A stretch of DNA of 64,000 nucleotides from Eutreptiella sp. 'Long Island Sound 2002' (taxonomy: Eukaryota > Protista > Euglenida). A program made the position numbers and the translations under genes. Numbering within the stretch: position 1 is the stretch's first letter; each line of letters begins with the position of its first letter. The notes under the pieces are model-generated. The model searched no databases. It was given only the letters and a program-made list of their open reading frames with translations, and was not told the DNA's origin. Shown one piece after another: positions 1 through 11,770 of the stretch. The stretch is from the NCBI GenBank assembly GCA_964036045.1, contig OZ038379.1:10664001-10728000 (forward strand). Direction: 5' to 3'.

Positions 1-1157
1 CGCCCTTTATTTTATCAACCAAATATTTTCAAACAAGTTGATAGCCATGGCACCCCAAAATTTGTGAATGGGCTGGGGCATTTCACTATGTTGACAACTC
101 CATCATACTTTGGTACGCCTAGATGGCCCCCCGAAGCAAACCGCAAAGGTGTGCCATTGAAACTTTTCCTCAATTTCTGTTGCCTCCGGCAAGGCACCTC
201 AAAGAGAGTGCTAGAACACTCAGTCAATTAGGCTGACAGTCAGCCAATCAGTTAGGCAGGCAGGCAGGCAGGCATGCAGGCAGAAACGCGCAGTTTGGTT
301 TTTTTGATGGCAGCCTACATCTACAAGCGATGGTGAAACTCATCTGTGCAGGCAAAAACAGTGGTGGGGTGGACAAACAGTTGGCGGACGGGCGACCGAA
401 AGTAGGTTCGATTCCCATATCGGATAGCCAACCACGCCCCGGTTTGTCCCTCAGCCGTTCTGCAGACCAGGGTCGGAATCCCACTGAGCACAAACTGTTG
501 ACCCCCCCCCCCCCCCCAGCCCCCCCCCAAAAAAAGCGGTAGGGGGGGGGGTAGACAGCTCAAAATCGAAAAGCTCATTGGGGGGATCATTTTTTCCTTG
601 TAAACAGAGATTTTACGAGAGGTTAGACATCCAACATCATGCCTTGGGGTATGCTACACGAGCGACCCCCAAAAAGGGGGCCGTATGGCGTCCGCGCTTG
701 TGCTTGATCTAACAACCTCTCTTCAGGGATATTTCTGCAAGGAGCCAGGCCCTCCCATGTGAGAAAAGATTTTCCAATCAAACTGGGGAAGGAATGGCAA
801 CCACCTGCCCCCAATCAAAATGTGGTGAAATTTTGCCCTCTGGATTAAAGCCAAGAAGCCAAATGCACGCCGTGACGACCAGACTTATATTGGTTTTTGC
901 AAGGCGGTGTTACAGTCCCGTGTATGTTCAGGCAAAGGCAATTGAACACATTGGGCATCAGTTGTGGGGTGTATATTGTAGTCCCGAACGGTAAGCTGTA
1001 GATTGTATATTGTGGAGTAGATCCGTAGGTGCATTTTTGCTTCTGCCGTTACCTAGCACTGACAAGCTGTTGTATGAGCAATGTTTGGTCGGGGAATTTG
1101 AAGCGGAGGTCCCAAATGCAACATGATATTTTGGCGGAATTTGCACATGAAACCATT

Positions 1158-1680
1158 GGGAATGCTTTCCCTGCGGCGCTTGTGGCGCCTGCGGTGCGCC
1201 CTGCGGCGTGCCCTGCGGCGCGCAGTTTGGGTAATAATACCAGAATACAGGCGGAATAGTGCTGCATACATACACACATTTGTTACATACCCCCCCCCCC
1301 ACACCACTTTTTTTCTCCTTTGAGTGTACATTCCCCTTTTTGGGCCTCTATCTTTCACAAATGGTGCATTTGATTCCGTATGATGTTGATCTGTGATGGG
1401 CACTCTTTCATTCGAGGCCGTGGAGAGCATCCGTCTGCCCAATTGTACAATTGTGCTGTGTGCCGCGAGCCGTGCACCAAGTTGGTGATGAACTGGGAGG
1501 AGCGCATCCTACGACTCCATTGGATGGTCCATGCTGTGAATCGCATTTCATCAACAAGTGCAACGTCAAGTACAAGCCGTATGGTCCATGGGGTCATTTT
1601 CTTGGACAATATACACTAAAGCTAATTACCCTTTCCCTGTGGCGCTTGCGGCGCGGCTGCGGCGCTCAGGAAGCATTCCC
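1158..1680 (+). mobile_element. PIF/Harbinger-like non-autonomous element
   Basis: TSD ATT/ATT; TIRs GGGAATGCTTTCC / GGAAGCATTCCC; direct CTGCGGCG-type subterminal repeats at both ends; internal degenerate transposase C-terminus (NWEERILRLHWMV, KYKPYGPWGHF). Confidence 0.8.
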
Positions 1681-3288
1681 ATTGTTGCATCACAAAGGTC
1701 CATATTCCAGTGAAGTGGTCTGGGGCCCAAAAGTTCTATATTGAGCCTTTGAACCACCGAACCATTTTCAGCTTGACCCCCTAGTAAGAAGCCATCTTGA
1801 CTACGCAACAAATGCTTTTGCCTGAAGGACTTTTGCCTTGGGTAGAGAAGTGAAACTTGGCCAAACATTTCAAGCAGAGGGGTGAGGGGTCAGAGGGGGG
1901 CGGAGGGCGTGCACAGTGGCACCTTTGCACTGCACATGCAATGTGCCCTGCTTTTGGAACATACTTGCCCAAACCAGCCCCTAGTGCCCCGCCAAACTCT
2001 TGTTCTGATGCGCCCTTTGTATGCCATTAGTTTCTGAATGAGGTTTGGAACCTCCATTGTGCAATGCAGCATGACAGCCGTTGGTTGCTGAGTGGACACT
2101 TTTTTGGTTGCTTTTGGTGAAGGGGGCCGAAAAGGAATCTCTGTGAAATTTTAGGACAGCCCCCCTTCCAGCCTCCCTTGGACTCAACCAATGAAGAGGT
2201 TGAGCCTGGGGGGGGGGGGGCGACTCCGCGGCTCCTAGGACGCCAACTACCCCCCCCCCCCTTTCACCCCCTTTCACCCCCCTTCACCCTATTTGCAGCC
2301 ACCTTCAGCCCTTCTTGTCTTTTGTCGGTGGAGGTGGATTATGATGATGGGGAATCACGTTACAACTAGTACATTCATGACGCAGCTACCATGGCCATGT
2401 GCGGCCAGCTGGTTCATGCATGACAAGACTGATTGGTGGATTAAATATAGTGCTCTGGTAGGCATTGATATCAACACCGTGTGACGAAATATCTCTCAAC
2501 AGATCATGCAAGGGTGTAGAGCCTCCTTGCACATTTCGACACAACATATTTTTTCTAATTTTTTTTTGTGTTGCTACATTGTCGGAGGGTTTCTTATCTT
2601 GTGAACTTCACCAAATATGCACGGAGTGTGCATGTAGTGTCCATGCGCCTGTCCCAATTTTATCACTGACAAATCATGTGGGGTTGTGGTCTAAGCAAGT
2701 GCCCTCCCCCGCAAAACTGACGTCGACCAACGAGTAGGCCACAGAAAGGCATGGTAGTGGACACCGGTTGTGCTACATGGCACTTAACCATCATTGTGAA
2801 ACAACCCCCAAGTGAAAGTGTCGCAGTGGCATGGTGATTGGATTTTGTCCCTTGCTGCCACTAGCACATTTAAGGTGTCCCCGTGGCTTCATACCGACTG
2901 AATTGTTAAAATCTTAGGGCTAAATAATTCTGGGGAAGTTGTGTGTCTAAAGTTACTTGTGCGCGGAAAATAATTTATTGCGAAAAAAAATCAATTCCAC
3001 ACGAACGATCAAAAAAGAACACATAATGACGTGGAATTCAAAATATTCGCAAAAATTAAATTAATTGTTTGCATCATGTTGCATGTCATCTTGTCTAAAG
3101 GTTCATGGGTACCAGAAATTCTGTTGCATCCAATGTATTTGTGCCTCTTTTCCTCGCGACTTGTTATGACCTCCTGTCCAAGCTACGCACATGATGGATT
3201 GATTGGGCAATCCATGATTTGTCTTTATGTTGTATACAAATGTGGCGGCCGTATGAGTAGCAAAGCAAACCAACCACAGAGCTCCAAG

Positions 3289-3700
3289 AAATAACAGCAT
3301 CCAACCAGAGAGCACTAGGAAATAACAGCATCCAAACAGAGAGAACCAGGAAGTAACAACATGCAACCGGGGAGCACCCGGAAAAACCACAATCCATCCA
3401 CAGCACACTAAGAAATAACGGCATCCAACCAGAGAGCACCAAGAAGTAATAGCATGCAATCAGAGAGCACTAGGGAATGACAGCATCCAAACAGAGAGAA
3501 CCAGGAAGTAACAACATGCAACCGGGGAGCACCCGGAAAAACCACAATTCATCCACAGCACACTAAGAAATAACGGCATCCAACCAGAGAGCACCAAGAA
3601 GTAATAGCATGCAATCAGAGAGCACTAGGGAATGACAGCATCCATCCAGAGACCACCAGGAAATAGCAGCACCTATCTGGACACCACTAGGAAGTACCAG
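3289..3700 (+). repeat. 31-bp minisatellite with a 155-bp (5-unit) higher-order repeat
   Basis: Unit ~AAATAACAGCATCCAACCAGAGAGCACTAGG; TCCAAACAGAGAGAACCAGG recurs at 3331 and 3486. Confidence 0.9.
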
Positions 3701-4847
3701 TTCTCTATTTTGGTTGCAGCAACACAAAGCGCAAAAACAAATCGCTCAAAAAATTCGCAGAAATTGCATAGTTTTTGAACTTTGGATTTTGCGGAAATAC
3801 AAATTCCGCAGATTCTTACAATTCACTCAGCATTTCGCGGATATTTATATCAGCATTCTGGTCAAACTCTGCACAATGCAGAAATTTCATGTGCCCTGTA
3901 CCCAAGGGGGGCTTAGTCTGGGGATGCACCCATCCACCCCATTCCCTTCCGTTTTGACAGTGACTTTTTTGGGGGGCCCAAGAAGAGGGCACCAAAGGCG
4001 CCAGACAAAAAGTGTGGGGGCTCAATTGACTGGGCCCATTGCATCACAATGCACACTTTTCTTCTTTTTAGGGTGTGGCCCTGATACAAATAGCCCAAGC
4101 AACCAGTGCACTGCTTGAGTGGCACCATCCACATTGCAGATTGAAACCCCTCCCTATCCCTACCCCTTCCTGCATGCATGCCTGGGCCTATGTGAATGGA
4201 ACTATGCCGTCAACTGCCTATGTCATGACACGCCACATCTGTATCATAGTTCGATCTCAACGCTTGAACTGATGCAGTGTGGATGATGGTTGTGCCCTTC
4301 CTACTTCCTACCAATCTCCCTCACGCCCCCCACTCACCCCCCACCCCCCTAACCTCACATCCTCACCTTGATTCAGGTCCCCCCCCCCCATCCGATCGTT
4401 TTATCCGACACTAATGTATCAGGGTGTGTTGCAGCAGAACTGGTCCACCCCCTCCCCAGAGCCCTCAGAAATATGGTGGGGGGGGAAGGGGGATTTCGGG
4501 GGCAGTCAACTTCATGTGGGAAATTTCGCACTTCAAATTTGCCGCGAAATTTCCCACACAAATCCAGGGTCTTCCGCGAAATTGGCACCTGTGGCTAAGT
4601 TCCGATGAGCCTGCAAAGCCCTACGCACCACAACACTTCCGGGAGTGTCCACAAAATTTGCCACACAAAATCCAGGGGCTTCCGCCAGATTTCCCGTGGC
4701 GAAATTCACCACCGCGAATTTGACTTGGCACAACCTCCCCCCCCCCCCCCGCGCTGTATTGCACTTTCCCTTGCACTGCTCATGACCCGTGACATCAAAA
4801 CGCTTTTTAGGACCACTTTTTTTTTGCAGTCAGTACATATTTGAGCC

Positions 4848-5456
4848 ATGGACGCCACTGAATCCCGGTTGGAGACACTATATATGGAGCTGTCCGAAAT
4901 CTCCAGCGAGAGCTCTCAGCTGTCATCTCCAGAACGAACCCCGCGGGAGAGCGTACGGCACTGCGAGTATGACCAGCTCTTCAGTGAAGCGCACGTCCCG
5001 ACCGCCGTATGGGAACAGCTGGACAACGGCCAGTGGGCGTGTCATGTGAGCCGGATGGTGTTCGCCACCGCGGTGCAGTGCATCAACCACCAGCGGAAGT
5101 GGCAGTACCAATGCGACCTGGAGGCCTCGCACTTACGAGAGGACACGGCGGTTGTGAAGGCGTTGGAGCGGAAGGCCCAAGAGGAGAGGCACCAAAATGC
5201 AACTGTCAGGCAGGGGCGGAACACGCAATGTGACCTGACGACAGAGACCCAGCGTCTCATGGAGGCCAATCGTCAGCTTACGCAGGACTTGGCGGTGAAA
5301 CAGATGCGGTTGGATACAATGCGGAGACGCCACAGACGTGAGCTCCGGCGCATGCAGTGGAGTAGTCTTCGTCAAGTCGACGACCTTGCGGCGCTGCTGG
5401 AGGCCCCGAGAAAGAATGGCCACGGTGTGCGGGCGCAAGGACAGGCACGCCCCTGA
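4848..5456 (+). CDS. Intronless repeated ORF: degenerate C2H2-like finger plus coiled coil (copy 1)
   Basis: 202 aa; WACHVSRMVFATAVQCINHQRKW; E/R/Q/L-rich helical tail; homologous to 30403-31158. Confidence 0.6.
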   Translation: MDATESRLETLYMELSEISSESSQLSSPERTPRESVRHCEYDQLFSEAHVPTAVWEQLDNGQWACHVSRMVFATAVQCINHQRKWQYQCDLEASHLREDTAVVKALERKAQEERHQNATVRQGRNTQCDLTTETQRLMEANRQLTQDLAVKQMRLDTMRRRHRRELRRMQWSSLRQVDDLAALLEAPRKNGHGVRAQGQARP

Positions 5457-5911
5457 CCCCTTTGCCAACCCCCCCTTCTCTGCAGGGTGTTCTGGGAGTG
5501 CACAGGATGTGCCTGTTCTGCCACAAAATGTCCAGCCCAATCGCCAGCTGGCCCACAACCGCCGTTGGTTGGCTCAGAACGGCCGTTGGTCGGCCCACAA
5601 TCGCCATCCGTTGGCCAACAACCACCGGTGGTTGGCCCATGTAATGGCCTTCACTGGCCTTCACATGTCAATCGCCCCTGCCCCTGTGCCCTGTGCCACA
5701 ACCCTGTGCCTTGTGCCCCAAACCATGCCCATGCCGGCGCAGGCTGTCCACCCAGTATCACCATACACCCAAGCAGATTGCCCCCCTGGTGTTGCAAGAC
5801 CAAGACACCCAAAGCAATGCCTGGCTCAGCCAGGGGATCCTCACGAAGGCGCACGCCTCCGGGTGACCCTCACTACAAACCCGAGTTGATCTTCCCACAT
5901 GCATTGACAGT

Positions 5912-6190
5912 GCACGCCTGGAACGGTACGACAACAAATGGCAGGACGACTTCAGTTCCAAATTTCCCTATCTGCAACTCAATCATCCCCTCGCCACCAC
6001 ACTTGGGGTCCAGGTATTCAAGGTATTCATCGCATCCAGATTTATATGGACACTTTGTCTCGAAGGCCGTTCAATCCCCCCTTTTCAGCATTAGGTGATT
6101 TGCCCCTGGCCACATTTAACGCTCACAGTGTAGGCTCTCCAGACAGGTGCTTACAACAAGCAAGGCCAGTATTTCGTGGTTTCAGGTGCT
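5912..6190 (+). pseudogene. Penelope-like RT C-terminal remnant
   Basis: RYDNKWQDDFSSKFPYLQLNHPLATTLGVQVFKVFIASRF...C ... ALQTGAYNK resembles the PLE pattern YDKRDDF..FP.L.SN.P....GV.ISQLIR...C...L...GY; contains stops. Confidence 0.55.
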
Positions 6191-6371
6191 GCCTCATAGG
6201 AATCCCAGGAGATGAAGCCGGCAGTTTGAGCATGTGTGTCGAAGTGCCTTAGTTTGCCACCCTACCACACCATACCACACCACACCAGACCACACCACGC
6301 CGGAGTATGAAGTGTGGTCAGACCCAAAACATTCAGTGCAAGTGACAGTGGCAGTGCCTAGAGAATTTCAA

Positions 6372-6790
6372 TGATTGTTCACACAAACAGGCGTATGAGA
6401 GCAGCATGGCTTGTGATTCTGGTGGGCTTCCAGCATTCAAGCAACTGAGCTGTAAAATTGCAGATTTTGGGTGGGCTCTGGTGCACCTGAGCCGTAGGTA
6501 TTGCAGTCATATTTTCAAAGTCTCCGCATGATGTCTTTGCTCTTACATGCTTATCCCCAGATTGTATTATCCCAAGAGAGCCACCACAGGCATGCAGCCT
6601 TGGCATGTTTCCCTGCGATATGTGTCATCTTATTAGGCAACGGTCATTCAAAACTCTCAGGCAATTAGTAGCATTCGATCCAGAACGTTCCAAGAATTGG
6701 CAGCAGTAATCTAGAGCCGCAAGGAATTTACCTGTACTGCATCCTGCCGTAAGCTGCCCTAAGCCCCCATCCAGGAACAATTGTGTGCAA
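6372..6790 (+). pseudogene. Intronless protein-kinase remnant
   Basis: LSCKIADFGWALVH (DFG at 6463-6471), upstream IVH, downstream CSLGM and LVAFDPER in shifted frames. Confidence 0.55.
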
Positions 6791-7267
6791 ACAGCATTTT
6801 TATGGTCCAAACATTTTCTAGAATAGGGTTGTTCGACGAATATTTTAAACATTACATTTCAAGACCCGCTGCCTAAAGTTTCAGACCTGTCACCTCAAGT
6901 TTATGACCCGCCCCCTGAAGTCCACACATTGGTCTACAATCGCTGAAAGGGGCGCTCTTTGGGCACTGGCCCAAAGAGCCCACCTGGAAGGGGGGCTTTT
7001 TTGGCAACCTGCCCAAAGAGCCACTGCCACGATGCGATGCGGGGTCGGAACTGGGGCCCCTCTCCGCGACATATATTTTTGCATCCGCCCCTGCCTTCGC
7101 TCCTTCAGTGGATTATCAGACCCCCCCGCATTACTGCCCGTCGGCTGCATTCAGGACCATGGGCGCCCTGCTGCTTCTAGGCTACTGAGCCCCTTGTTGA
7201 GTAAACCATGCGCATGGCGTGCAGCGGTTTCCTCGCTGGCCCAAATTACACAGTAGCACATGCAATC

Positions 7268-7988
7268 TGTGTAATCCACAGTCGCGAAGTCATCACTCGA
7301 CGTCGCGAAATGGAGCCATTTGCCCCTTTGGGACGAAGCTGTTGCAGGCAGCCATAGATGTGATTCCTCCGTCACCCTGCGTATTGGTAACAGTATGCCC
7401 CACTGTTGTTGGTGCCAGGCACCACAGATAGGATTCCCTGTCCTCTTTTGCGTGTGGCTTTCTGATGACGCATGACCTCTCCCGCCCCCGTGTCCAACGA
7501 ATGCCTTGTCCAACGGACTCTCCCATTTGGACCGTACTTTTTTTGGACCCAATTAATTAGGTAGCGAGGTTAGGTATTGAATCAATTAGGTACCGAACGG
7601 CGTGTAAGATGAACACTCCTGTTCGGACCGTATTTTTTGAGGATTTTATTGTTCGTTGGACACGGGTTGCGGGCGGTACGTTGCATGGGATAACATCACC
7701 CAAAAATGGTATGGGTGGCTACAGTGCAATGCACCCTTTGCACTCGGATGGCAGACTTATCAGAAGTAACAACAGAGTTGTGGTGTCAGCAATTCAAACA
7801 TGTGCTGCTGTGTAATCCAAAGTCGCAAAGTAATCACTCGACGTCGGAAATGGAGCCATTTGCCCCTTTGGGACGAAGCTGTTGCAGGCAGCCATAGATG
7901 TGATTCCTCCGTCACCCTGCGTATTGGTAACAGTATGCCCCACTGTTGTTGGTGCCAGGTACCACAGATAGGATTCCCTGTCCTCCTT
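7268..7988 (+). repeat. ~180-bp direct duplication (7268-7449 and 7809-7988)
   Basis: Near-identical GGAGCCATTTGCCCCTTTGGGACGAAGCTG...GATAGGATTCCCTGTCCTC blocks. Confidence 0.85.
7481..7673. mobile_element. Short inverted-repeat element
   Basis: CCCGCCCCCGTGTCCAACGAA vs reverse complement CCCGCAACCCGTGTCCAACGAA; related AATTAGGTACC core at ~17545; no TSD seen. Confidence 0.5.
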
Positions 7989-8159
7989 TAACGTCATACG
8001 CAAGTCTGGATAGTCCCCTCTAGGCTGTTCTCAGGTGAGACCTTTTGTGGCAGTGGGCCAACCACTTGCCCTAGTTTCTTTTGTGAAACATTCTGTTGGG
8101 CGCTTTGGATTGCGAGACTGGGGAGGCAGGTCCCCGTGTCCCATCTGCTACTGCTGTAT

Positions 8160-11100
8160 TTTTTGGGCCGATTTTCATGATTCAGGCAAGCGAGACAGCA
8201 TAAAAAAGTACCAGCTCTTTTGTCGACCTGAAAACTGCCTTCTGAAAAGAAGATGTCTCTACCCACATTGCCAAGCTTAGTCAACAGTCTCAATATCAGA
8301 TCCCTACCCCAGCGCCCAATCCCGGCAGTCCCTCTGTGTATCGATCCTCTTGCAAGTGAGGCGAGCAATCGAACTGCTTGCTTGGTTGCACTTTTCCATT
8401 TACACCCTCTTGTCTGCATGCCTTGTGTATTCCGTGCAACAAGCATTTTACTGTTGGCATGGGTGTCCATGTGGCACGTTGCAGTATCACAGTGCCCAGC
8501 AAGTCCGTACAATTTCTCAAGCCTGCAGATTTGCAGGCTGGTGAGGCTGAGGGGGTATAGGGTAGTTTATGAATTTCTTGTTGGGAAACATTCTCGTTGG
8601 AGTATCTTTTTTTTGAAATATCCTCCACTGTTGTTGGTGCTAGACACCGCAGATCCAATTCCCTGTCCTCTTTTTCGGTCATATGCAAGTCTGGAAAGTC
8701 CCCTCTAGGGTTTTCTCAAGGACGCTTTTTGTGGCAGTGGGCCAACCAACTAGTTTCATTGTGAAACATCCTGTTGGGCGCTTTGGACTTTGAGACCGCT
8801 GCTGTTCCCTATCCTCGCTCTGCTGCTGCTGTAGCAGCTACTGCTACTGCTGGTGCTGCTGTTGGTTGTTGTTGTTATTTGTGTTGCTTTTGTTGTTACA
8901 TACAGATCCAACAAACTCTCTGTGAGCAATCTCCCCACAATCACATCATTCAGCCTCATGTCGGTCCAATCGCCCATCTCTTCCAATCCCACGATCCGAT
9001 CCAATGCAATCCAGTCTCATTTTCATAAGATTGTGCACTGATGCTGCCTGTGTCCTCAAGACCTGAGGCAACCTCATAGAAACAAATGTTGTCTGGTCCA
9101 TTACAGTTTGGTCAACAACTCATTGATATCAAAGAGAGCTATAATCCTGGAGCGAACATAACAAACCTGCGAGTTCCCAAAGGGAACGCCCCCTCGCCCC
9201 TAGCACAGACAGGCTCTGCTTCTTCTTTAATTAAAAGTTTTGTTAGCCCAATGGCTTAGCCCCATTATGGTGAGCAATGGTGCAGAAGAACCAAACCTGA
9301 TGGACCCCTAGCAGTGATGGATATAATGTTGGCGCCACTTGGGGAGTCCGGGTCCGGGGGGGGGGGGGGGTCACAGAAAAACTAAAGGGCCATAGTGGGA
9401 GAGTGCAAACCCCAAAAATATTGTGACTAAATAAGGTGTCTCCGGCAGAATGTCTCCTTTGCCTGCCTGTGCTGCAAATTTACTGTGACTGTGTCTACTT
9501 GCACTTGTGACTGTGTCTACTTGCACTGAAAATTGATTGTGACTGCTGGTATTTGTACACTGTGTGTGTATTCTGTTGTGACATGGAGCAAGCTCCTTGT
9601 CCTCCATTGCATCTATTAGTACAGGAGGGACAAGGATGCAGGTGCACACATGACAGGCACAGAGCCCTGTGGATGCAACGTTGCCAATGCCATTCAATTT
9701 CATTCAATGTCATTCACTGTCATCACTCACAGTGACAATATTGTCTTGCTCGCTGCAGGTACCACTACTTGACCTGTCATTATCACTGTCACTATTGCCG
9801 CCACTCCCACTGCCTGAAGATACCAGGCATTAGGGGTCCAGTGGTGGATATAACTGGGGGCTGGGGGGGGGGCGCGTCCAGCCCGCACCCCACCTCGCCC
9901 CTTGGTCACAAAAAGGTCACGATATTTGGTCTCAAAAACAGTGGCCTAAAACGGGCCGTTTTGGACAGCCCTCAGCCCGTACATGTACATGGGAGGGGGG
10001 GGGGGGTGATGCAACAACAGGGCAAGCGCAACAGGCAGAACAGGGGTGTTCCGAATTTCAGCAAGCAAATGAATATCAGCAACTGCTTGCTTATTATCCA
10101 GAGGGGTAATGGGTTTTTTGTTCTTGTCATTTGTTGGGCAATTTGGACTGTGAGACTTGGGAGGAAGGACCCCGTTCCCCATCCTCACTCGACACCGCTG
10201 CTGATGTTTTTTTGTTTGTTGACTGTCTTATGTATAGCCCTGAATTTCATGATTTGGGCAAGCAAACCAGCACGACAAAGTACTGGCTCTTTTGTGCACC
10301 CGGAACAGGCCTCCCGAGAAGGAGATGTATCTACCCACCTTGTCAAGGTTACCCCCCCCCCCCTGTGAAACCGGTTGGCCACGGTTGGGAAAGCGGTTGG
10401 GGAGCAGGAGGCGGCGGTTACAAGACCGTTGCACCTGCAGTTGGCGTTGGAAGGATACGTTTGGAGCGGAACCGACGGTTACTGTTGGGGGGTGTGGACG
10501 ACCAGGACGCCACGAGGAGGGATGGAGCAATTGGCCCCCCCCCCTTTGCCAATGGCCCCCTATGCCAATGGCCCCCCCACCTGGAATGATGAATCATGCC
10601 CCCCCCCCGTCAATGGCCCCACTTTCGGGAAAGAAGAATCTTGGCCCCCCGAAGGGTTTTTTGTTGAAAAATCCCTGTTGCCTGTACAGGAGGTGCCTCG
10701 GGATGTTGATAATTAGAGAGTGCTTTGTATGCATGACAGGTGAGTAGCCAAAAAATGGAACGAAGTGAGACCTACAACCATTCAAAAGATGTGCACCCTA
10801 GAAGGGATGCATCCAAACAATGCCTCAACAAGATGCACGGGCCAAAAAATGCTCACACGACGGTTTTTTTTAAACTTTTTGATAATACTCGGAGCCAATT
10901 GCCCTCCCTCCTACATGCCAATGCCCCCCCACCCAGAGAGAAGAATCATGGCCCCCCTTGCCAATGGCCCCCCTTTCGGGAAAGAAGAATCTTGGCCCGG
11001 GCCAGTGGCAAGTGGGGAGGATGGTAGTCAACCGTCCCAATGTTCGCCTTATATCAGCCCCAATCCTGGAAGTTCCGCTGCGTAATAATCCTCTTGCAAC

Positions 11101-11270
11101 TGCTTGCTTGGTTGCACTTTTCCATTTACACCCTCTTGTCTGCATGCCTTGTGTATTCCGTGCAACAAGCATTTGCCTGTTGGCATGGGTGTCCATGTGA
11201 CTCGTTGCAGTATTACAGTGCCCAGCAAGTCCGCACAATTTCTCAAGCTTGCAGGTTTGCAGGCTGGGGC
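8160..11270 (+). repeat. Repeated modules: 8160-8280 ~ 10235-10350; 8365-8540 ~ 11100-11270; GCCAATGGCCCCC blocks at 10525-10630 and 10890-11000
   Basis: Direct visual alignment of the blocks; element boundaries not resolved. Confidence 0.7.
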
Positions 11271-11770
11271 AGTTTATAGGGTATGTCACGATTTTTTGGA
11301 AAATTTCCTGTTGGAAAAATTCTGTGTTGGAAAAATTATGACCCAGTGCAGGAGTGTAAGATGGCCCGTGTAAATCATGTGTATGACTGTAGGACGATGT
11401 GTGACCTATGTTGCACTGGAACGTAGGTTAGGGTGAGGGACTATTGCTCCTTAAAATGATTTCCTTCCTACGTTGCACTGGAAAACATCTTTTGTTGCAG
11501 TTTCCTGGTAGGTTGCATTTGTTTCTTTGTGTAAGGCCCAGGGGGTTACATTAGTTCTGCTGTGCTGCAGCGGTGTTTCCGCACTGAGTCAGCCGACCAA
11601 ACGTTCATGAATCCGCCACATAAGTTTGGCAAGTTGCTCCGAAACATCACCCGAGTGGTATGAGTGGCCACAGTGCAATGTACCCTTTGCACTAGGATCC
11701 TGTTGTGAAAATTATCAGAAGTAACCAATAGAGATCCAAACAATAAGGAAAAAAGCGCTTTGTGGATACT

